Origin: an uncultured Calditrichota bacterium
GTDB lineage: Bacteria > Calditrichota > Calditrichia > JAJRVZ01
Direction of reading: 5' to 3'
DNA: 64,000 bases
Assembly (NCBI GenBank): GCA_964489835.1
Contig: CAZBBC010000013.1
Span: 3,578 to 67,577, forward strand
The stretch's first letter is position 1; each line of letters starts with the position of its first letter. Positions 18,731-29,841 of this stretch are shown in pieces. The position numbers and the translations under genes were made by a program. The notes beneath the pieces are model-generated. The model was given only the letters and a program-made list of their open reading frames with translations. It was not told the origin of the DNA and made no database searches.

Positions 18731-19658
18731 CCATATTCGATCTTATCATCTACCCGTTCTCCTCACGGAGGTTTTATCATATCTCATTACTAATCCAAAG
18801 GGGATTTACTTAGATGGAACAATTGGAGGGGGTGGGCATGCAGAGAGTATCCTTAACGTTTTAGATGCGGATTCCCGGTATATTGGGTTAGATCAGGATA
18901 TCGAAGCCCTTCGCTTTTCAGAAAACCGATTGAAGGAATATACCAATATCAGTTATCACCATAATAATTTTTCGGATTTTGATGCTGTTCTTATGGATTT
19001 AAAAATTGATACAATAGACGGCATCCTGTTAGATCTGGGCCTTTCATCGCACCAGATCGATACAGATAATCGTGGTTTTTCTTATCGGCATGATACACCA
19101 CTTGACATGAGAATGGATCAGGATTATCCACATACAGCGGCAGATTTGTTAAACACATTGGAAGAAGATGAATTGAAATCGATATTCTATTCATATGGCG
19201 AGGAACGTAAATCTCGACAGATCGCAAAACAGATCATTATTAACCGCAAAATTCATCCGATCAACAGTTCCAACCAGTTGCGGCGTATTATTGACCAGGT
19301 GGTTCCGGCTCGTTTTGCGATAAAATCATATGCCCGGATATTTCAGGCACTGAGAATTGCTGTAAACCGGGAATTAGAGAGCCTGGAAAAATTATTAAAA
19401 AAAATGGTTGCTTATTTAAATCCTGGAGGAAGATGTGTGATAATTTCCTATCACTCTCTTGAAGACCGGATCGTAAAAAACTTTATCCGGGAAAAATCAA
19501 AGCCCTGCATTTGTCCCCCGGAGTTTCCTCAATGCAATTGCGGAAGGATACCGGAATTGAAATCGGTAACAACCAGAGCCGTAAAAGCATCTGTAGATGA
19601 GATAGAAATAAATCCGCGTGCCAGAAGTGCCCGTTTACGGGCAGGAGAAAAATTATGA
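18723..19658 (+). CDS. rsmH: 16S rRNA m4C1402 methyltransferase
   Basis: HLPVLL, DGTIGGGGH, DLGLSSHQ, PLDMRMD, SYHSLEDR and NPRARSARLR motifs. Confidence 0.96.
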   Translation: MGDHIRSYHLPVLLTEVLSYLITNPKGIYLDGTIGGGGHAESILNVLDADSRYIGLDQDIEALRFSENRLKEYTNISYHHNNFSDFDAVLMDLKIDTIDGILLDLGLSSHQIDTDNRGFSYRHDTPLDMRMDQDYPHTAADLLNTLEEDELKSIFYSYGEERKSRQIAKQIIINRKIHPINSSNQLRRIIDQVVPARFAIKSYARIFQALRIAVNRELESLEKLLKKMVAYLNPGGRCVIISYHSLEDRIVKNFIREKSKPCICPPEFPQCNCGRIPELKSVTTRAVKASVDEIEINPRARSARLRAGEKL

Positions 19659-20032
19659 CTGTAAATAATACCTCAAAAAAATCGATAGTAAAAATACTTC
19701 TCTGGCCTTTTAAATCCTATCTCAGGATCCTCGCCGTTGTAATATTTATCGGTATTTATCAATACCAGGCGATTCATATCGATATTTTAGCGCGAGAAAT
19801 CCGTAGTCTGGAGCTGAAACGAAATCAATTGATCAACGGGAATACAACCTTGCAAGTCCATATCGATCAACTTACCAATATTAATCGTATTGAAAAACTG
19901 GCTTACGAAAAATTCGGACTGGTCGCACCGGAACAAAAAAGGGAAAAAATAGTCATTCAATCATTTAATCCTCAAAAAGATCTGCAGCTGGAAGAACAAA
20001 AGGAAAGATTGAAACTGGCAGGAGTAAATTGA
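19655..20032 (+). CDS. ftsL: Cell division protein FtsL-like
   Basis: Single TM, coiled coil and RIEKLAYEKFGLV motif; located between rsmH and ftsI. Confidence 0.75.
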   Translation: MTVNNTSKKSIVKILLWPFKSYLRILAVVIFIGIYQYQAIHIDILAREIRSLELKRNQLINGNTTLQVHIDQLTNINRIEKLAYEKFGLVAPEQKREKIVIQSFNPQKDLQLEEQKERLKLAGVN

Positions 20033-20033
20033 G

Positions 20034-22103
20034 TTGACATCAGGAACCAGCAATAATATTCAGTTTAGCAGGATATACATTATAGTCATCGGTCTGATTA
20101 TTCTTTGGATCATTCTTGAAGTACGGTTATTCACTATTCAGGTAATTAAGCATGATTATTATGTCAAGCAAAGTCAGATACAGTCTGCAAAAAAGATAAT
20201 TCTTCCAGCGCGCCGGGGTACAATTTTTGATCGTAACGGCGAACAGCTGGCCACAAATTTAATCCATTACGATTTGGGTGTTGATTTACAAAGAGTAAAA
20301 AATAAGACTGCGATAGCAAAACGTCTTTCCTCTCTCTTTAAAAAATCTTCTGAATATTATTTACGCAAGATGAAGCGGAGTCGTGATTTTGTATTTCTGG
20401 AACGTAAAGTCCCGGAATCCTATTTTCAGCAACTCAACACCATTGAAGATCCCGGATTTGTAAAAATCAAGGGATTTCGTCGTTTTTATCCTTACGGAAA
20501 ATATGCCAGTCAATTACTGGGGTTTACCAATATCGATGATCGGGGAATATCAGGTCTGGAATTGCAATATGAAGAAAAACTGCGTGGCCAGCCGGGATGG
20601 ACATTCCTGCTGGCTGATGCCCGGCGCCGTTTTGGTTACAATGTAGATTTCCCTCAGGTTTTACCCGAAGCTGGTTTCGATATTTTCTTAACCATCGAAA
20701 AAAATTTTCAGACAATTGTTGAAGATGAATTAGAACGCGGCGTACAAAAATATCATGCAAAATACGGCATGGCAGTTCTGATGGATCCGAATACGGGTGA
20801 GATCCTTGCACTATCAAGTAATCCTGGATTCGACTTAAATAGACCCCAATTATCAACCACCGATCAAAGAAAAAACAGAGTCATTGCAGATATTTTTGAA
20901 CCTGGTTCAACATTCAAGGTTTTCCCGGCGGCAGCTTTACTTCAGGAAAATTTCAAAAAACCCAGCGATATCGTTTTTTGTGAAAACGGATCGTTTAAAT
21001 ATTATACTCATACGGTTCATGACTCAAAAAAACATGGTTGGCTGACTTTCAGAAAAGTTATTGAAAAATCATCAAATATTGGGATGGTTAAGCTCTCTGC
21101 TGATATTCCCGATCGTACATTCTATCGGTATTTAAGAAATTTTGGTTTTGATTCACAAACCGGGATTGACCTCCTGGGCGAAGCAAGCGGGATCTTAGCA
21201 AAACCAAACAAATTTTCCGGTATATCAAAGGGTGTTATTTCCTTTGGACAGGAAGTCGGCGTTACATCAATTCAAATGGTGAATGCTTTTTCGGCAATAG
21301 TTAATGGCGGACATCTGATGCGTCCTTATGTTGTGCAAAAGATGGTTAATCCGGATGGATCGAATGAGTTCGAAACAGAATCTACGCCGATTCGACAGGT
21401 TATTTCTGCGGATGTTTCCAAAACATTGAAGGAATTTATGCTGGGAGTTGTCCAGAGGGGCACAGGGAAAAACATTAATACTGACTATGTATTAATGGGT
21501 GGAAAAACCGGTACTGCGCAAAAATATGACAGGCAAACCAACCGCTATAAACCGAACCACTATTTTGCCTCCTTTGTCGGTTTTGCACCTTACGATTCAC
21601 CAAAATTTGTTCTTGGAATTTTTCTTGATGAACCAAAACCAATATACTATGGTGGAGAAGTGGCAGCACCGATATTTTCTGCCATCATGCAGCGCCTGTT
21701 GAAATTTGCTCCTGCTGAAGAAAATTACCCACTATATCAGCAAAAATTCGTAAATAAAAACTTACGGATTCCCGATCTGCGCGGTCTTTATTATACCGCC
21801 GTTGAGGAATACTGTCAACTAAAAGATATTTCTCTGCAGATCGAAGGTGATGGTACCCACGTCCTTTCACAAAATCAAAATAAGGGCGAGGTCCAAATAG
21901 TGTTAGGAAAACCGGTCATCACAGACACACGGGTGCCCAACTTAAAAAACAAAACGATCCGCGAAGCGCTAAAGTTGATAAACTTTTCAAAATTTCGTGT
22001 AAAAATTACCGGGCGGGGTATGGTGGTGAAACAGTTTCCGGCCCCGGGTTCAGCGACTTCTAATAACAGTATCCTGCTGTTAACTTGCTCAGAATCTTCA
22101 TAG
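20034..22103 (+). CDS. ftsI: Class B penicillin-binding protein with C-terminal PASTA domains
   Basis: RGTIFDRNG, EPGSTFK (SxxK), SSN and KTGT motifs; C-terminal PDLRG and PNLKN PASTA repeats. Confidence 0.93.
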   Translation: MTSGTSNNIQFSRIYIIVIGLIILWIILEVRLFTIQVIKHDYYVKQSQIQSAKKIILPARRGTIFDRNGEQLATNLIHYDLGVDLQRVKNKTAIAKRLSSLFKKSSEYYLRKMKRSRDFVFLERKVPESYFQQLNTIEDPGFVKIKGFRRFYPYGKYASQLLGFTNIDDRGISGLELQYEEKLRGQPGWTFLLADARRRFGYNVDFPQVLPEAGFDIFLTIEKNFQTIVEDELERGVQKYHAKYGMAVLMDPNTGEILALSSNPGFDLNRPQLSTTDQRKNRVIADIFEPGSTFKVFPAAALLQENFKKPSDIVFCENGSFKYYTHTVHDSKKHGWLTFRKVIEKSSNIGMVKLSADIPDRTFYRYLRNFGFDSQTGIDLLGEASGILAKPNKFSGISKGVISFGQEVGVTSIQMVNAFSAIVNGGHLMRPYVVQKMVNPDGSNEFETESTPIRQVISADVSKTLKEFMLGVVQRGTGKNINTDYVLMGGKTGTAQKYDRQTNRYKPNHYFASFVGFAPYDSPKFVLGIFLDEPKPIYYGGEVAAPIFSAIMQRLLKFAPAEENYPLYQQKFVNKNLRIPDLRGLYYTAVEEYCQLKDISLQIEGDGTHVLSQNQNKGEVQIVLGKPVITDTRVPNLKNKTIREALKLINFSKFRVKITGRGMVVKQFPAPGSATSNNSILLLTCSESS

Positions 22104-22111
22104 AATATCAT

Positions 22112-23563
22112 ATGAAAGCCAAATATTTGAACAATCTCATCGATACTAATCTGTTGATTAAACGGCAAACAGTTGAGGAATTATTAATTAAAAAAATTGT
22201 ATATGATTCCCGGGATGCAGAGGACATGTGCCTTTTTGTTGCTATAAAGGGATTTTCAACCGATGGACATGACTATCTAAAAAATGCTATGGAAAATGGC
22301 ACGGTGGCAGCAATTGTTGAAAAAGAAAATAAAGCGATCAGTATTCCCCAATATATCGTAAGGGACAGTCGGCAAGCTCTCGCACATTTGGCTGCAGAAT
22401 TTTATAATCCGGAAATCAATAAGATGAGAATTGCCGGTGTTACCGGGACCAATGGCAAAACGACAACATCATTTTTGATCCAATCCGTCTTCAATGCAGC
22501 TGGTTTGAACAGCGGTTTGATTGGTACCATTCATTATAACATTGGAGGCAAATTAATAAAAGCCTGGAACACAACACCTGAATCGATTGACCTATTTAAA
22601 ATGATTTATAACATGTATTTAGACGGTCAGAGAGGATGTATACTCGAAGCATCGTCACATGGTCTGTCACTTCACCGTCTCGATTGTTTGAATCTTGAAG
22701 TCGCTGTTTTTACCAATCTCACTCAGGACCATCTCGACTTTCACAGGGATTTTGAGGATTATTATCAGGCTAAAAAATTATTGTTTTCACATCTTAAATC
22801 CAACGGACATGCGATCATTAATCGTGATGATGTTTTTGGTCAACGATTGATCAATGAAATCGAAGCAGAAGTTATTGATTTCGGGTTATCTTCTGCAGCA
22901 TCGGTTACCGCAAAAAACTGGGAAAGTTCTCCCACAGGGATCAGGATTGACGTACAGACGCCACAGGGTGATTTTAAAATTGAATCTCCGTTGATCGGAC
23001 AATTTAATGTAGAGAATATCCTGGCAGCTATCGCTTCCGGCATAGCAATGAATTTTGATTTGGAAACCATCAGGCAAGGGATCGAGAATGTTTCTAGTAT
23101 ACCGGGAAGATTGGAACCGGTTCCTGTTAACAAGGATCTGAATGTTATTGTCGATTATTCTCATACACCCGACGCATTGCAAAAGGCTTTGCATGTTTTA
23201 GCAAAAGTAACCGATAACCATCTTTGGGTTGTTTTCGGTTGCGGGGGTGATCGTGATAAGAAAAAGAGACCTTTGATGGGGAAAATCGCTGAGGATTTTA
23301 GCGATAGAGTAGTTATTACTACCGATAATCCCAGGAATGAGTCACCGGCTTCCATTATAAATGATATCCTGGCAGGTATTACCGATCTCAACAAAGTAAA
23401 AGTAGAGGAAGACAGACGAAAGGCCATCCAAATAGCATTACAGGAGGCAAAAAAGGGAGACACGATTCTGGTTGCCGGAAAGGGACATGAAGATTATCAG
23501 GAAATAAAGGGTATTAAATATCCCTTTGATGACCGTCAGGTTATTAGGGAATTTGTCTTATGA
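22112..23563 (+). CDS. murE: UDP-MurNAc-dipeptide:meso-DAP ligase
   Basis: GVTGTNGKTT, FTNLTQDHLDFH, DNPR (meso-DAP specificity) and AGKGHE motifs. Confidence 0.96.
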   Translation: MKAKYLNNLIDTNLLIKRQTVEELLIKKIVYDSRDAEDMCLFVAIKGFSTDGHDYLKNAMENGTVAAIVEKENKAISIPQYIVRDSRQALAHLAAEFYNPEINKMRIAGVTGTNGKTTTSFLIQSVFNAAGLNSGLIGTIHYNIGGKLIKAWNTTPESIDLFKMIYNMYLDGQRGCILEASSHGLSLHRLDCLNLEVAVFTNLTQDHLDFHRDFEDYYQAKKLLFSHLKSNGHAIINRDDVFGQRLINEIEAEVIDFGLSSAASVTAKNWESSPTGIRIDVQTPQGDFKIESPLIGQFNVENILAAIASGIAMNFDLETIRQGIENVSSIPGRLEPVPVNKDLNVIVDYSHTPDALQKALHVLAKVTDNHLWVVFGCGGDRDKKKRPLMGKIAEDFSDRVVITTDNPRNESPASIINDILAGITDLNKVKVEEDRRKAIQIALQEAKKGDTILVAGKGHEDYQEIKGIKYPFDDRQVIREFVL

Positions 23564-24942
23564 TTTCACTTAGGTTGCGAGATTTGGAAAATATTCCGCA
23601 GGCATCGATTCAGTTACCCGTATCCGGACGAATGTTCGAGGCCCCCGTACGAGGTATCTCGATCAATACCCGGACACTCCAACCAAGGGAAATCTTTTGG
23701 GCAATCAAAGGTCAAACCCACGACGGACACTGGTATGTTAGTGATGCGGAGAAGAAAGGGGCAGTTGCTGCTGTCGTTGAGAAAAAAAGATTCGAGCAAT
23801 TATCACCGTTAAATATACCGGTCATCCTGGTCAAGGATACGTTGAAATCATTACAACAGTTTTCAGCCTGGCATAGGAAACGGTTTAATATCCCTGTTAT
23901 TGCTATTACCGGAACTAACGGTAAAACCACTGTGAAAGAAATGATCACCTGGATCCTTCAGACAAAATTTAACGTCCATAAAACGATTGGTAATTTAAAT
24001 AATCATATTGGAACGCCTCTAACATTGCTCCGTCTGAATTCCGATCACGAAATATCCATCATCGAACTTGGAACCAATCATCCCGGTGAAATTGCATTAC
24101 TCGGTTCTCTGGTTAAACCCACAGCCGCATTGATTACAAATATTGGCCGAGGTCACCTCGAATTTTTCTCCGGTATCGACGGTGTTGCAAAAGAGAAAAT
24201 CAGTCTATTTAAATCGCTCCAGAAGAATCCGACCATTTTTCTGAACAATGATGACAAAAAGCTTACCGCTACCCGAATCGGATTTAAAAATATCTGGAGT
24301 TACAGTCTTCATAACAAAAAAAATCCGCGGATTAAGGGCCGGTTGATTCGGTTGGATAAGGAAGGATGTGGTATATGGGAACTTAACAATACCACCAGAA
24401 TTCACCTGCATGTTCCCGGTGTTCAGAATGTACAAAATGCTCTTGCTGCAAGCACTGTCGGTTTATTTTTTGGGTTAATGGAAAATGAAATTAAAGAAGC
24501 CCTGGAAGGATACAGTGCCTATGATAAACGGATGCAAATCATAAGGAACGATCAGATACTGATTATAAACGACAGTTATAATGCCAATCCTGACTCTTTT
24601 CCAGCAGCTTTAGACACACTGGGCCATCTCGCTTCAGGAAAAAACCATAGAAAAATAATCGTAATCGGCGATATGCTCGAACTGGGTAAAAAGGCGGATC
24701 ATTTACACCATGAACTTTTTCTACGATTCGTTGATTATGAGATCGCAGCCATTTTTACGATTGGACAGTACAGTAATAAAGCAGCTGATTTATTAAGAGA
24801 AAAAGGTGACCAAAATGTGTACTCTTTTACTGAACATGAGGCACTGGGTATAGAATTAAAAAAATATTTAAAACCCGGAGACACCATTCTCTTAAAAGGG
24901 TCTCGTGGCATGCAGATGGAGAAAGTTCTCGCATATATTTGA
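23560..24942 (+). CDS. murF: UDP-MurNAc-tripeptide:D-Ala-D-Ala ligase
   Basis: ITGTNGKTT, NLNNHIG, NDSYNANP, GDMLELG and KGSRG motifs. Confidence 0.96.
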   Translation: MISLRLRDLENIPQASIQLPVSGRMFEAPVRGISINTRTLQPREIFWAIKGQTHDGHWYVSDAEKKGAVAAVVEKKRFEQLSPLNIPVILVKDTLKSLQQFSAWHRKRFNIPVIAITGTNGKTTVKEMITWILQTKFNVHKTIGNLNNHIGTPLTLLRLNSDHEISIIELGTNHPGEIALLGSLVKPTAALITNIGRGHLEFFSGIDGVAKEKISLFKSLQKNPTIFLNNDDKKLTATRIGFKNIWSYSLHNKKNPRIKGRLIRLDKEGCGIWELNNTTRIHLHVPGVQNVQNALAASTVGLFFGLMENEIKEALEGYSAYDKRMQIIRNDQILIINDSYNANPDSFPAALDTLGHLASGKNHRKIIVIGDMLELGKKADHLHHELFLRFVDYEIAAIFTIGQYSNKAADLLREKGDQNVYSFTEHEALGIELKKYLKPGDTILLKGSRGMQMEKVLAYI

Positions 24943-25085
24943 TAAGACGATTCTAACGTAGAAAAAAGATATGAAGATAAAATTAAAGTTAAAAATTAAA
25001 ATCTTTCTCAAATCATCAGATTTGGATAATTATGTACGGCCTAATCATAAAAGAATAAAGATAGATAAAACGGACAAGATACCCA

Positions 25086-26189
25086 ATGTTAGCAGAATTT
25101 TTATTCCAGTTTAAATCATATTTTTTCGGCTTTAATGTTTTTCGTTATATAACCGTTAAAGCCACTCTGGCAGCGGTAACCGCCCTTCTGTTCAGTTTTT
25201 TTATTGGTCCCCGGATCATTGCTCTATTGAAAAAGCATCAGATTGGGGAAGAAATCAGATCTGATGGTCCCTCAACCCATCAGGTGAAGAAGGGCACACC
25301 GACCATGGGTGGTTTGATCATAATCATTTCGATCCTCACCGGGGTTTTGCTATGGGCCGATCCGCTCAATATCTATATCGTCCTGATTTTGCTCGCTACT
25401 ATCGTGATGGGCCTGGTCGGTTTTTTTGATGATTACTTTAAAGTTGTAAAAAAAATGAAACGCGGATTAATCAGCAGATACAAATTGTTAGGCCAGGTTA
25501 TCGTAGGTTTAATTATAGGGGGTTTTATTTATTTTCATCCATTTTTCGACGGTTTGCATTCTAATACGAGTATACCGTTTTTTAAAAATTTGGAAATAGA
25601 CTTTGGATTCATATATATCTTTTTTATCATTTTCATAATCACCGGTACCTCGAATGCGGTTAATTTGACAGATGGTCTTGACGGACTAGCTGCCGGTTTG
25701 AGTGCGATTGCCTTTTTGACATTTGCAGGTATGAGCTATGTAACCGGTAACGTAAAATTCAGTGACTATCTGAACATTATTTATCTGCCCGGTAGCGAAG
25801 AATTGACCGTTTTCTGTATGGCTGCAGTTGGTGCCGGTATTGGATTCTTGTGGTATAACACATACCCGGCACAGGTTTTTATGGGGGATACCGGTTCCCT
25901 TGCTCTCGGAAGTGCTCTGGGCGCGGTTGCCGTATTGATTAAAAAAGAGCTCCTGTTGGCAATCATCGGTGGTGTTTTTCTCTCTGAAGTACTTTCTGTT
26001 ATAATTCAGACAACGTACTTCAAATACACACGAAAAAAACATGGCAAAGGCAAACGCATATTCAAAATGGCTCCAATCCACCATCATTTTGAACTGCAAG
26101 GATGGCATGAGTCAAAAGTAGTGGTCCGTTTTTGGATCATTGGTATCCTATTAGCTTTATTGAGTTTCACGACCTTTAAAACACAGTAG
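25086..26189 (+). CDS. mraY: Phospho-MurNAc-pentapeptide transferase
   Basis: KKGTPTMGG, NAVNLTDGLDGL, FMGDTGS and MAPIHHHFE motifs. Confidence 0.97.
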   Translation: MLAEFLFQFKSYFFGFNVFRYITVKATLAAVTALLFSFFIGPRIIALLKKHQIGEEIRSDGPSTHQVKKGTPTMGGLIIIISILTGVLLWADPLNIYIVLILLATIVMGLVGFFDDYFKVVKKMKRGLISRYKLLGQVIVGLIIGGFIYFHPFFDGLHSNTSIPFFKNLEIDFGFIYIFFIIFIITGTSNAVNLTDGLDGLAAGLSAIAFLTFAGMSYVTGNVKFSDYLNIIYLPGSEELTVFCMAAVGAGIGFLWYNTYPAQVFMGDTGSLALGSALGAVAVLIKKELLLAIIGGVFLSEVLSVIIQTTYFKYTRKKHGKGKRIFKMAPIHHHFELQGWHESKVVVRFWIIGILLALLSFTTFKTQ

Positions 26190-26217
26190 TATTTTTCAGA
26201 TAACACGAACTTTGATC

Positions 26218-27564
26218 ATGACTGTTGAAAATAAAAGAATCACCATATTAGGCGCTGCCCGAAGCGGTGTTGCGGCCGCCAGACTTTTGAAAAAAAAGAA
26301 AGCCTGTGTTTTTGTAAGTGATTATGCACCGGCGGATAACAAACATTCCGAAATTGAAATTCTGAAGAATGAAAACATTGCCTATGAATTCAATGTTCAT
26401 TCGGAAAAAGTTTTCGATGCTGATTTTATTGTACTCAGTCCTGGTATTCCTAAGAAATCAGCTATCGTGGAAAATATAATTTCAAAAGGAATTCCTGTGT
26501 ATTCGGAACTGGAAGTGGCCTCCTGGTTTTGCCGTTCACCAATTATTGCTATTACCGGTTCGAATGGTAAAACAACGACCACATCGCTTTTAGGAAAGAT
26601 GTTGAGATCAAAATTCACACAGTCAATCGTTGCCGGAAATATTGGAGAAGCTTTTTCTGATTATGTTTTAGAAAGTGAGGAATCACACTGGGCGGCAGTG
26701 GAAGTGTCTAGTTTTCAATTGGAAACAATTGATTCTTTTCACCCACATATCGTTATACTTTTGAACCTTAGTCCCAATCACCTCGATTGGTATGAGAGTT
26801 ATAGTGAATATGTTGAGGCAAAATTCCAAATTTTAAAAAATCTGGATCGCAATGATTTTTTAATATATAACCTGGATGATGAATTGATATGTAAAAACGT
26901 ACAAAAATGTCCGGCAAAAAAATTATCATTCTCACTGAACAAAACCAACGCGCAGGCCTCCACCCATAATAACGCAATATATTTAAAAGGAAAATCGTTA
27001 ATCAGAACTGAAGAAATAAAACTGAACGGTTCTCATAACTATCAGAATGCTATGGCTGCCATCATTGCTGCAGATATTGCCGGCATCAACAGATTATCGA
27101 TGATACAGATCTTAAAAACATTTGAGGGGGTTGAACACCGTTTAGAATATGTAACAGAGATAAAGGGTGTTCATTTTATTAATGACTCAAAGGCAACAAC
27201 CGTAGAATCTTTGCAGGTAGCCCTGACCAGTTTTCGATCACCGATCATACTCATTGCTGGTGGAAAAGACAAAGGAGGCGATTACAGCAAATTAAATCAT
27301 TTGATTTCAAAAAATGTACGCGGGGTAGTTCTGATTGGGGCGGCAAAGGATAAAATGGCAGCTACCTGGAGTGATTTGGTTCCTTTATACAGATCGGATA
27401 GTTTGGCCGAGGCCATAAAACTAGCATTAGATCAAGCCAGGCCTGGAGAAAATGTATTATTATCCCCTGCCTGTTCCAGTTTTGACATGTTCAAAGATTT
27501 TGAGGATCGTGGTCAAAAATTTAAAGAAATCGTAAGAACACTAAAAAAAAAATATGAAAATTAA
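26218..27564 (+). CDS. murD: UDP-MurNAc-L-Ala:D-Glu ligase
   Basis: GAARSG, ITGSNGKTT, EVSSFQLE, NDSKAT and LSPACSSFD motifs. Confidence 0.96.
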   Translation: MTVENKRITILGAARSGVAAARLLKKKKACVFVSDYAPADNKHSEIEILKNENIAYEFNVHSEKVFDADFIVLSPGIPKKSAIVENIISKGIPVYSELEVASWFCRSPIIAITGSNGKTTTTSLLGKMLRSKFTQSIVAGNIGEAFSDYVLESEESHWAAVEVSSFQLETIDSFHPHIVILLNLSPNHLDWYESYSEYVEAKFQILKNLDRNDFLIYNLDDELICKNVQKCPAKKLSFSLNKTNAQASTHNNAIYLKGKSLIRTEEIKLNGSHNYQNAMAAIIAADIAGINRLSMIQILKTFEGVEHRLEYVTEIKGVHFINDSKATTVESLQVALTSFRSPIILIAGGKDKGGDYSKLNHLISKNVRGVVLIGAAKDKMAATWSDLVPLYRSDSLAEAIKLALDQARPGENVLLSPACSSFDMFKDFEDRGQKFKEIVRTLKKKYEN

Positions 27565-28735
27565 CAAACATAAAAATGATCCCTGGCTAGTTGGATCAGT
27601 GACAGTATTACTTACCATTGGGTTGATTATGGTTTTTAGTGCCAGTGCTGTCGTCGCCCAGGAAAAATATGGTTCATTGCTGTATTATTCACGCAAACAG
27701 ATTTTATGGGGATTTCTATGCATTTTTACCATTTTTATTTTCTCACGGGTAAAGCATTCTAATTATTTGAAAAATGGGCTGCCCTTGATTGGTATTATAT
27801 TTTCTATTGCATTACTTCTTGGGTTATTTATCTGGGGTGATGTGGTGAATGGTGCCCGGCGTTGGTATAATTTGGGTTTCGCCAGCTTTCAACCAGCAGA
27901 AATGGCCAAAATAGCGGTTATTATATACTTTGCAGATATCTTTTCACGCAAAGGGGAAATATTACGCAGCTGGAAAAAAGGACTTTTACCCCATGTACTA
28001 ATTTTAATGATGGTCCTTGTGCCAATACTTTACCAACCCGATTTAGGTACGGTGGTCATGTTGTGCATGATAATTGCCATTATGGCTTTTCTCAGTAATA
28101 TACGTTTTAAACATGTCCTGGCGGGTCTCACTTTTCTTCTTCCGGCACTATTGATTAAAGTTTTAGGCAGTGAGTACCAGATTTCCAGGGTCCAGAGTTG
28201 GTTCTCTAATTTATCCAATCCGTTGGGATCCGGTCATCAGATAAAACAATCATTAATCGGATTAGGCAAGGGGGGTATCATCGGGAGCGGCATTGGTGCC
28301 AGCAAACAAAAGTTTTACTTTTTGCCCGATTCACATACAGATTTTGTATTCGCAATATTAGGAGAGGAAGTCGGGTTTATCGGCACATCAGTTGTTCTGA
28401 TACTTTTTTTGATCATACTGTGGCGTGGTATAAAGATTGCCAAACGTTCATCAAACGCATTCACTCAATTTTTGGCTGTCGGTTTAACGATGAATCTGGT
28501 TTTATATGGATTTATAAATGTTGCCGTTGTAACAATGCTCGTACCAACTACAGGTTTACCAATGCCGTTTTTGAGTTACGGGGGTTCATCTTTGATAGGT
28601 GTTGGTTTATCTGTGGGAATACTAATCAATATATCCCGCAACGCTTTCCACCCGAATATGGAAAGTCGGCTGGTACAATTTAGGGATGATAAACGAACAT
28701 TTTATAAATCACTGGTTGGAACACAGAAACGATGA
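27554..28735 (+). CDS. ftsW: SEDS peptidoglycan polymerase FtsW
   Basis: NGARRW, FQPAE, QPDLG, HTDFVF and PFLSYGGSS motifs. Confidence 0.95.
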   Translation: MKINKHKNDPWLVGSVTVLLTIGLIMVFSASAVVAQEKYGSLLYYSRKQILWGFLCIFTIFIFSRVKHSNYLKNGLPLIGIIFSIALLLGLFIWGDVVNGARRWYNLGFASFQPAEMAKIAVIIYFADIFSRKGEILRSWKKGLLPHVLILMMVLVPILYQPDLGTVVMLCMIIAIMAFLSNIRFKHVLAGLTFLLPALLIKVLGSEYQISRVQSWFSNLSNPLGSGHQIKQSLIGLGKGGIIGSGIGASKQKFYFLPDSHTDFVFAILGEEVGFIGTSVVLILFLIILWRGIKIAKRSSNAFTQFLAVGLTMNLVLYGFINVAVVTMLVPTTGLPMPFLSYGGSSLIGVGLSVGILINISRNAFHPNMESRLVQFRDDKRTFYKSLVGTQKR

Positions 28736-29832
28736 GGCGCGATCTGAGAATTGTATTTGCCGGGGGTGGCACGGGAGGTCATGTTTTTCCGGCCATTTAT
28801 ATGGCCGAATATTTTAAGAAACATTGGGGGGCCGATTGCCAGTTTATTGGCACCAGGAAAGGTATCGAAAATATAAAAGTATCTCAGGCAGGTTACCTGG
28901 TGAGATATATTTGGATTAGTGGATTCAAGCGAGGATTTTATTTGAACAATCTGATCTTTCCACTAAAACTGATGACTAGTTCTATGCAAAGCAAAAAAAT
29001 ATTAAATCAGATAAAACCACATGTGGTTATTGGAACCGGCGGCTATGTTGCCGGACCAGTATTACGTCAGGCAATTAAAATGAAAATACCCACTGCTATA
29101 CAGGAACAGAACAGTTATCCAGGATTAACAACCAGACTATTAGCCCCTCATGTGGATTGTGTCTTTCTTGCATATAAAGAATCAATGGCTTATCTCAAAA
29201 ATTTGAAAAATTATCGGCTGGTTGGGAATCCGGTTAGAGCGAATATTATAACGAAAGACCTCAAAGAAGCCGGACAGTATTTTGGGCTCCGGCAGGAAAT
29301 ACCAACCATCCTTGTTTTCGGAGGAAGTCAGGGATCACATAATATAAATATGGCTATTGATGAAATCTTATCAAAAAGGATTTTAAGACAGGTACAGATT
29401 ATCTGGCAAACTGGACAGATAAATTTTGATCACTATAAGAAAAAGTACAAAAACTTTAAGGAGATAAGTCTTTGCATTCTTCCCTTTATCGATCGGATGG
29501 ATTATGCTTACTCAATCAGTCAACTAGCCATCACCCGTGCAGGGGCGATGACAATTTCTGAACTGGCCGCTGCCGGATTACCAGCCATATTGATCCCCTA
29601 TCCACATGCAACGGCCAATCACCAGTTAAAAAATGCCCAAACCATTGTAAATGGCGGCGGTGCATTGCTTGTTGAAGATAATTCGAACCTTACGGAATAT
29701 TTGAGCACAGCGATTCTGACATTGTTGGCATCACCGGATCAAATTAAATATATGGGTACAAAAATACATGCGTTCCATAGGAATGATACCATGGCGGAGA
29801 TCTCGGAAGAGCTGACTAAATTGCTTTTATGA
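28732..29832 (+). CDS. murG: Lipid II GlcNAc transferase
   Basis: GGGTGGH, GTGGY, EQN, GGSQGS, RAGA and HQLKNA motifs. Confidence 0.96.
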   Translation: MRRDLRIVFAGGGTGGHVFPAIYMAEYFKKHWGADCQFIGTRKGIENIKVSQAGYLVRYIWISGFKRGFYLNNLIFPLKLMTSSMQSKKILNQIKPHVVIGTGGYVAGPVLRQAIKMKIPTAIQEQNSYPGLTTRLLAPHVDCVFLAYKESMAYLKNLKNYRLVGNPVRANIITKDLKEAGQYFGLRQEIPTILVFGGSQGSHNINMAIDEILSKRILRQVQIIWQTGQINFDHYKKKYKNFKEISLCILPFIDRMDYAYSISQLAITRAGAMTISELAAAGLPAILIPYPHATANHQLKNAQTIVNGGGALLVEDNSNLTEYLSTAILTLLASPDQIKYMGTKIHAFHRNDTMAEISEELTKLLL

Positions 29833-29841
29833 AAAATTAAA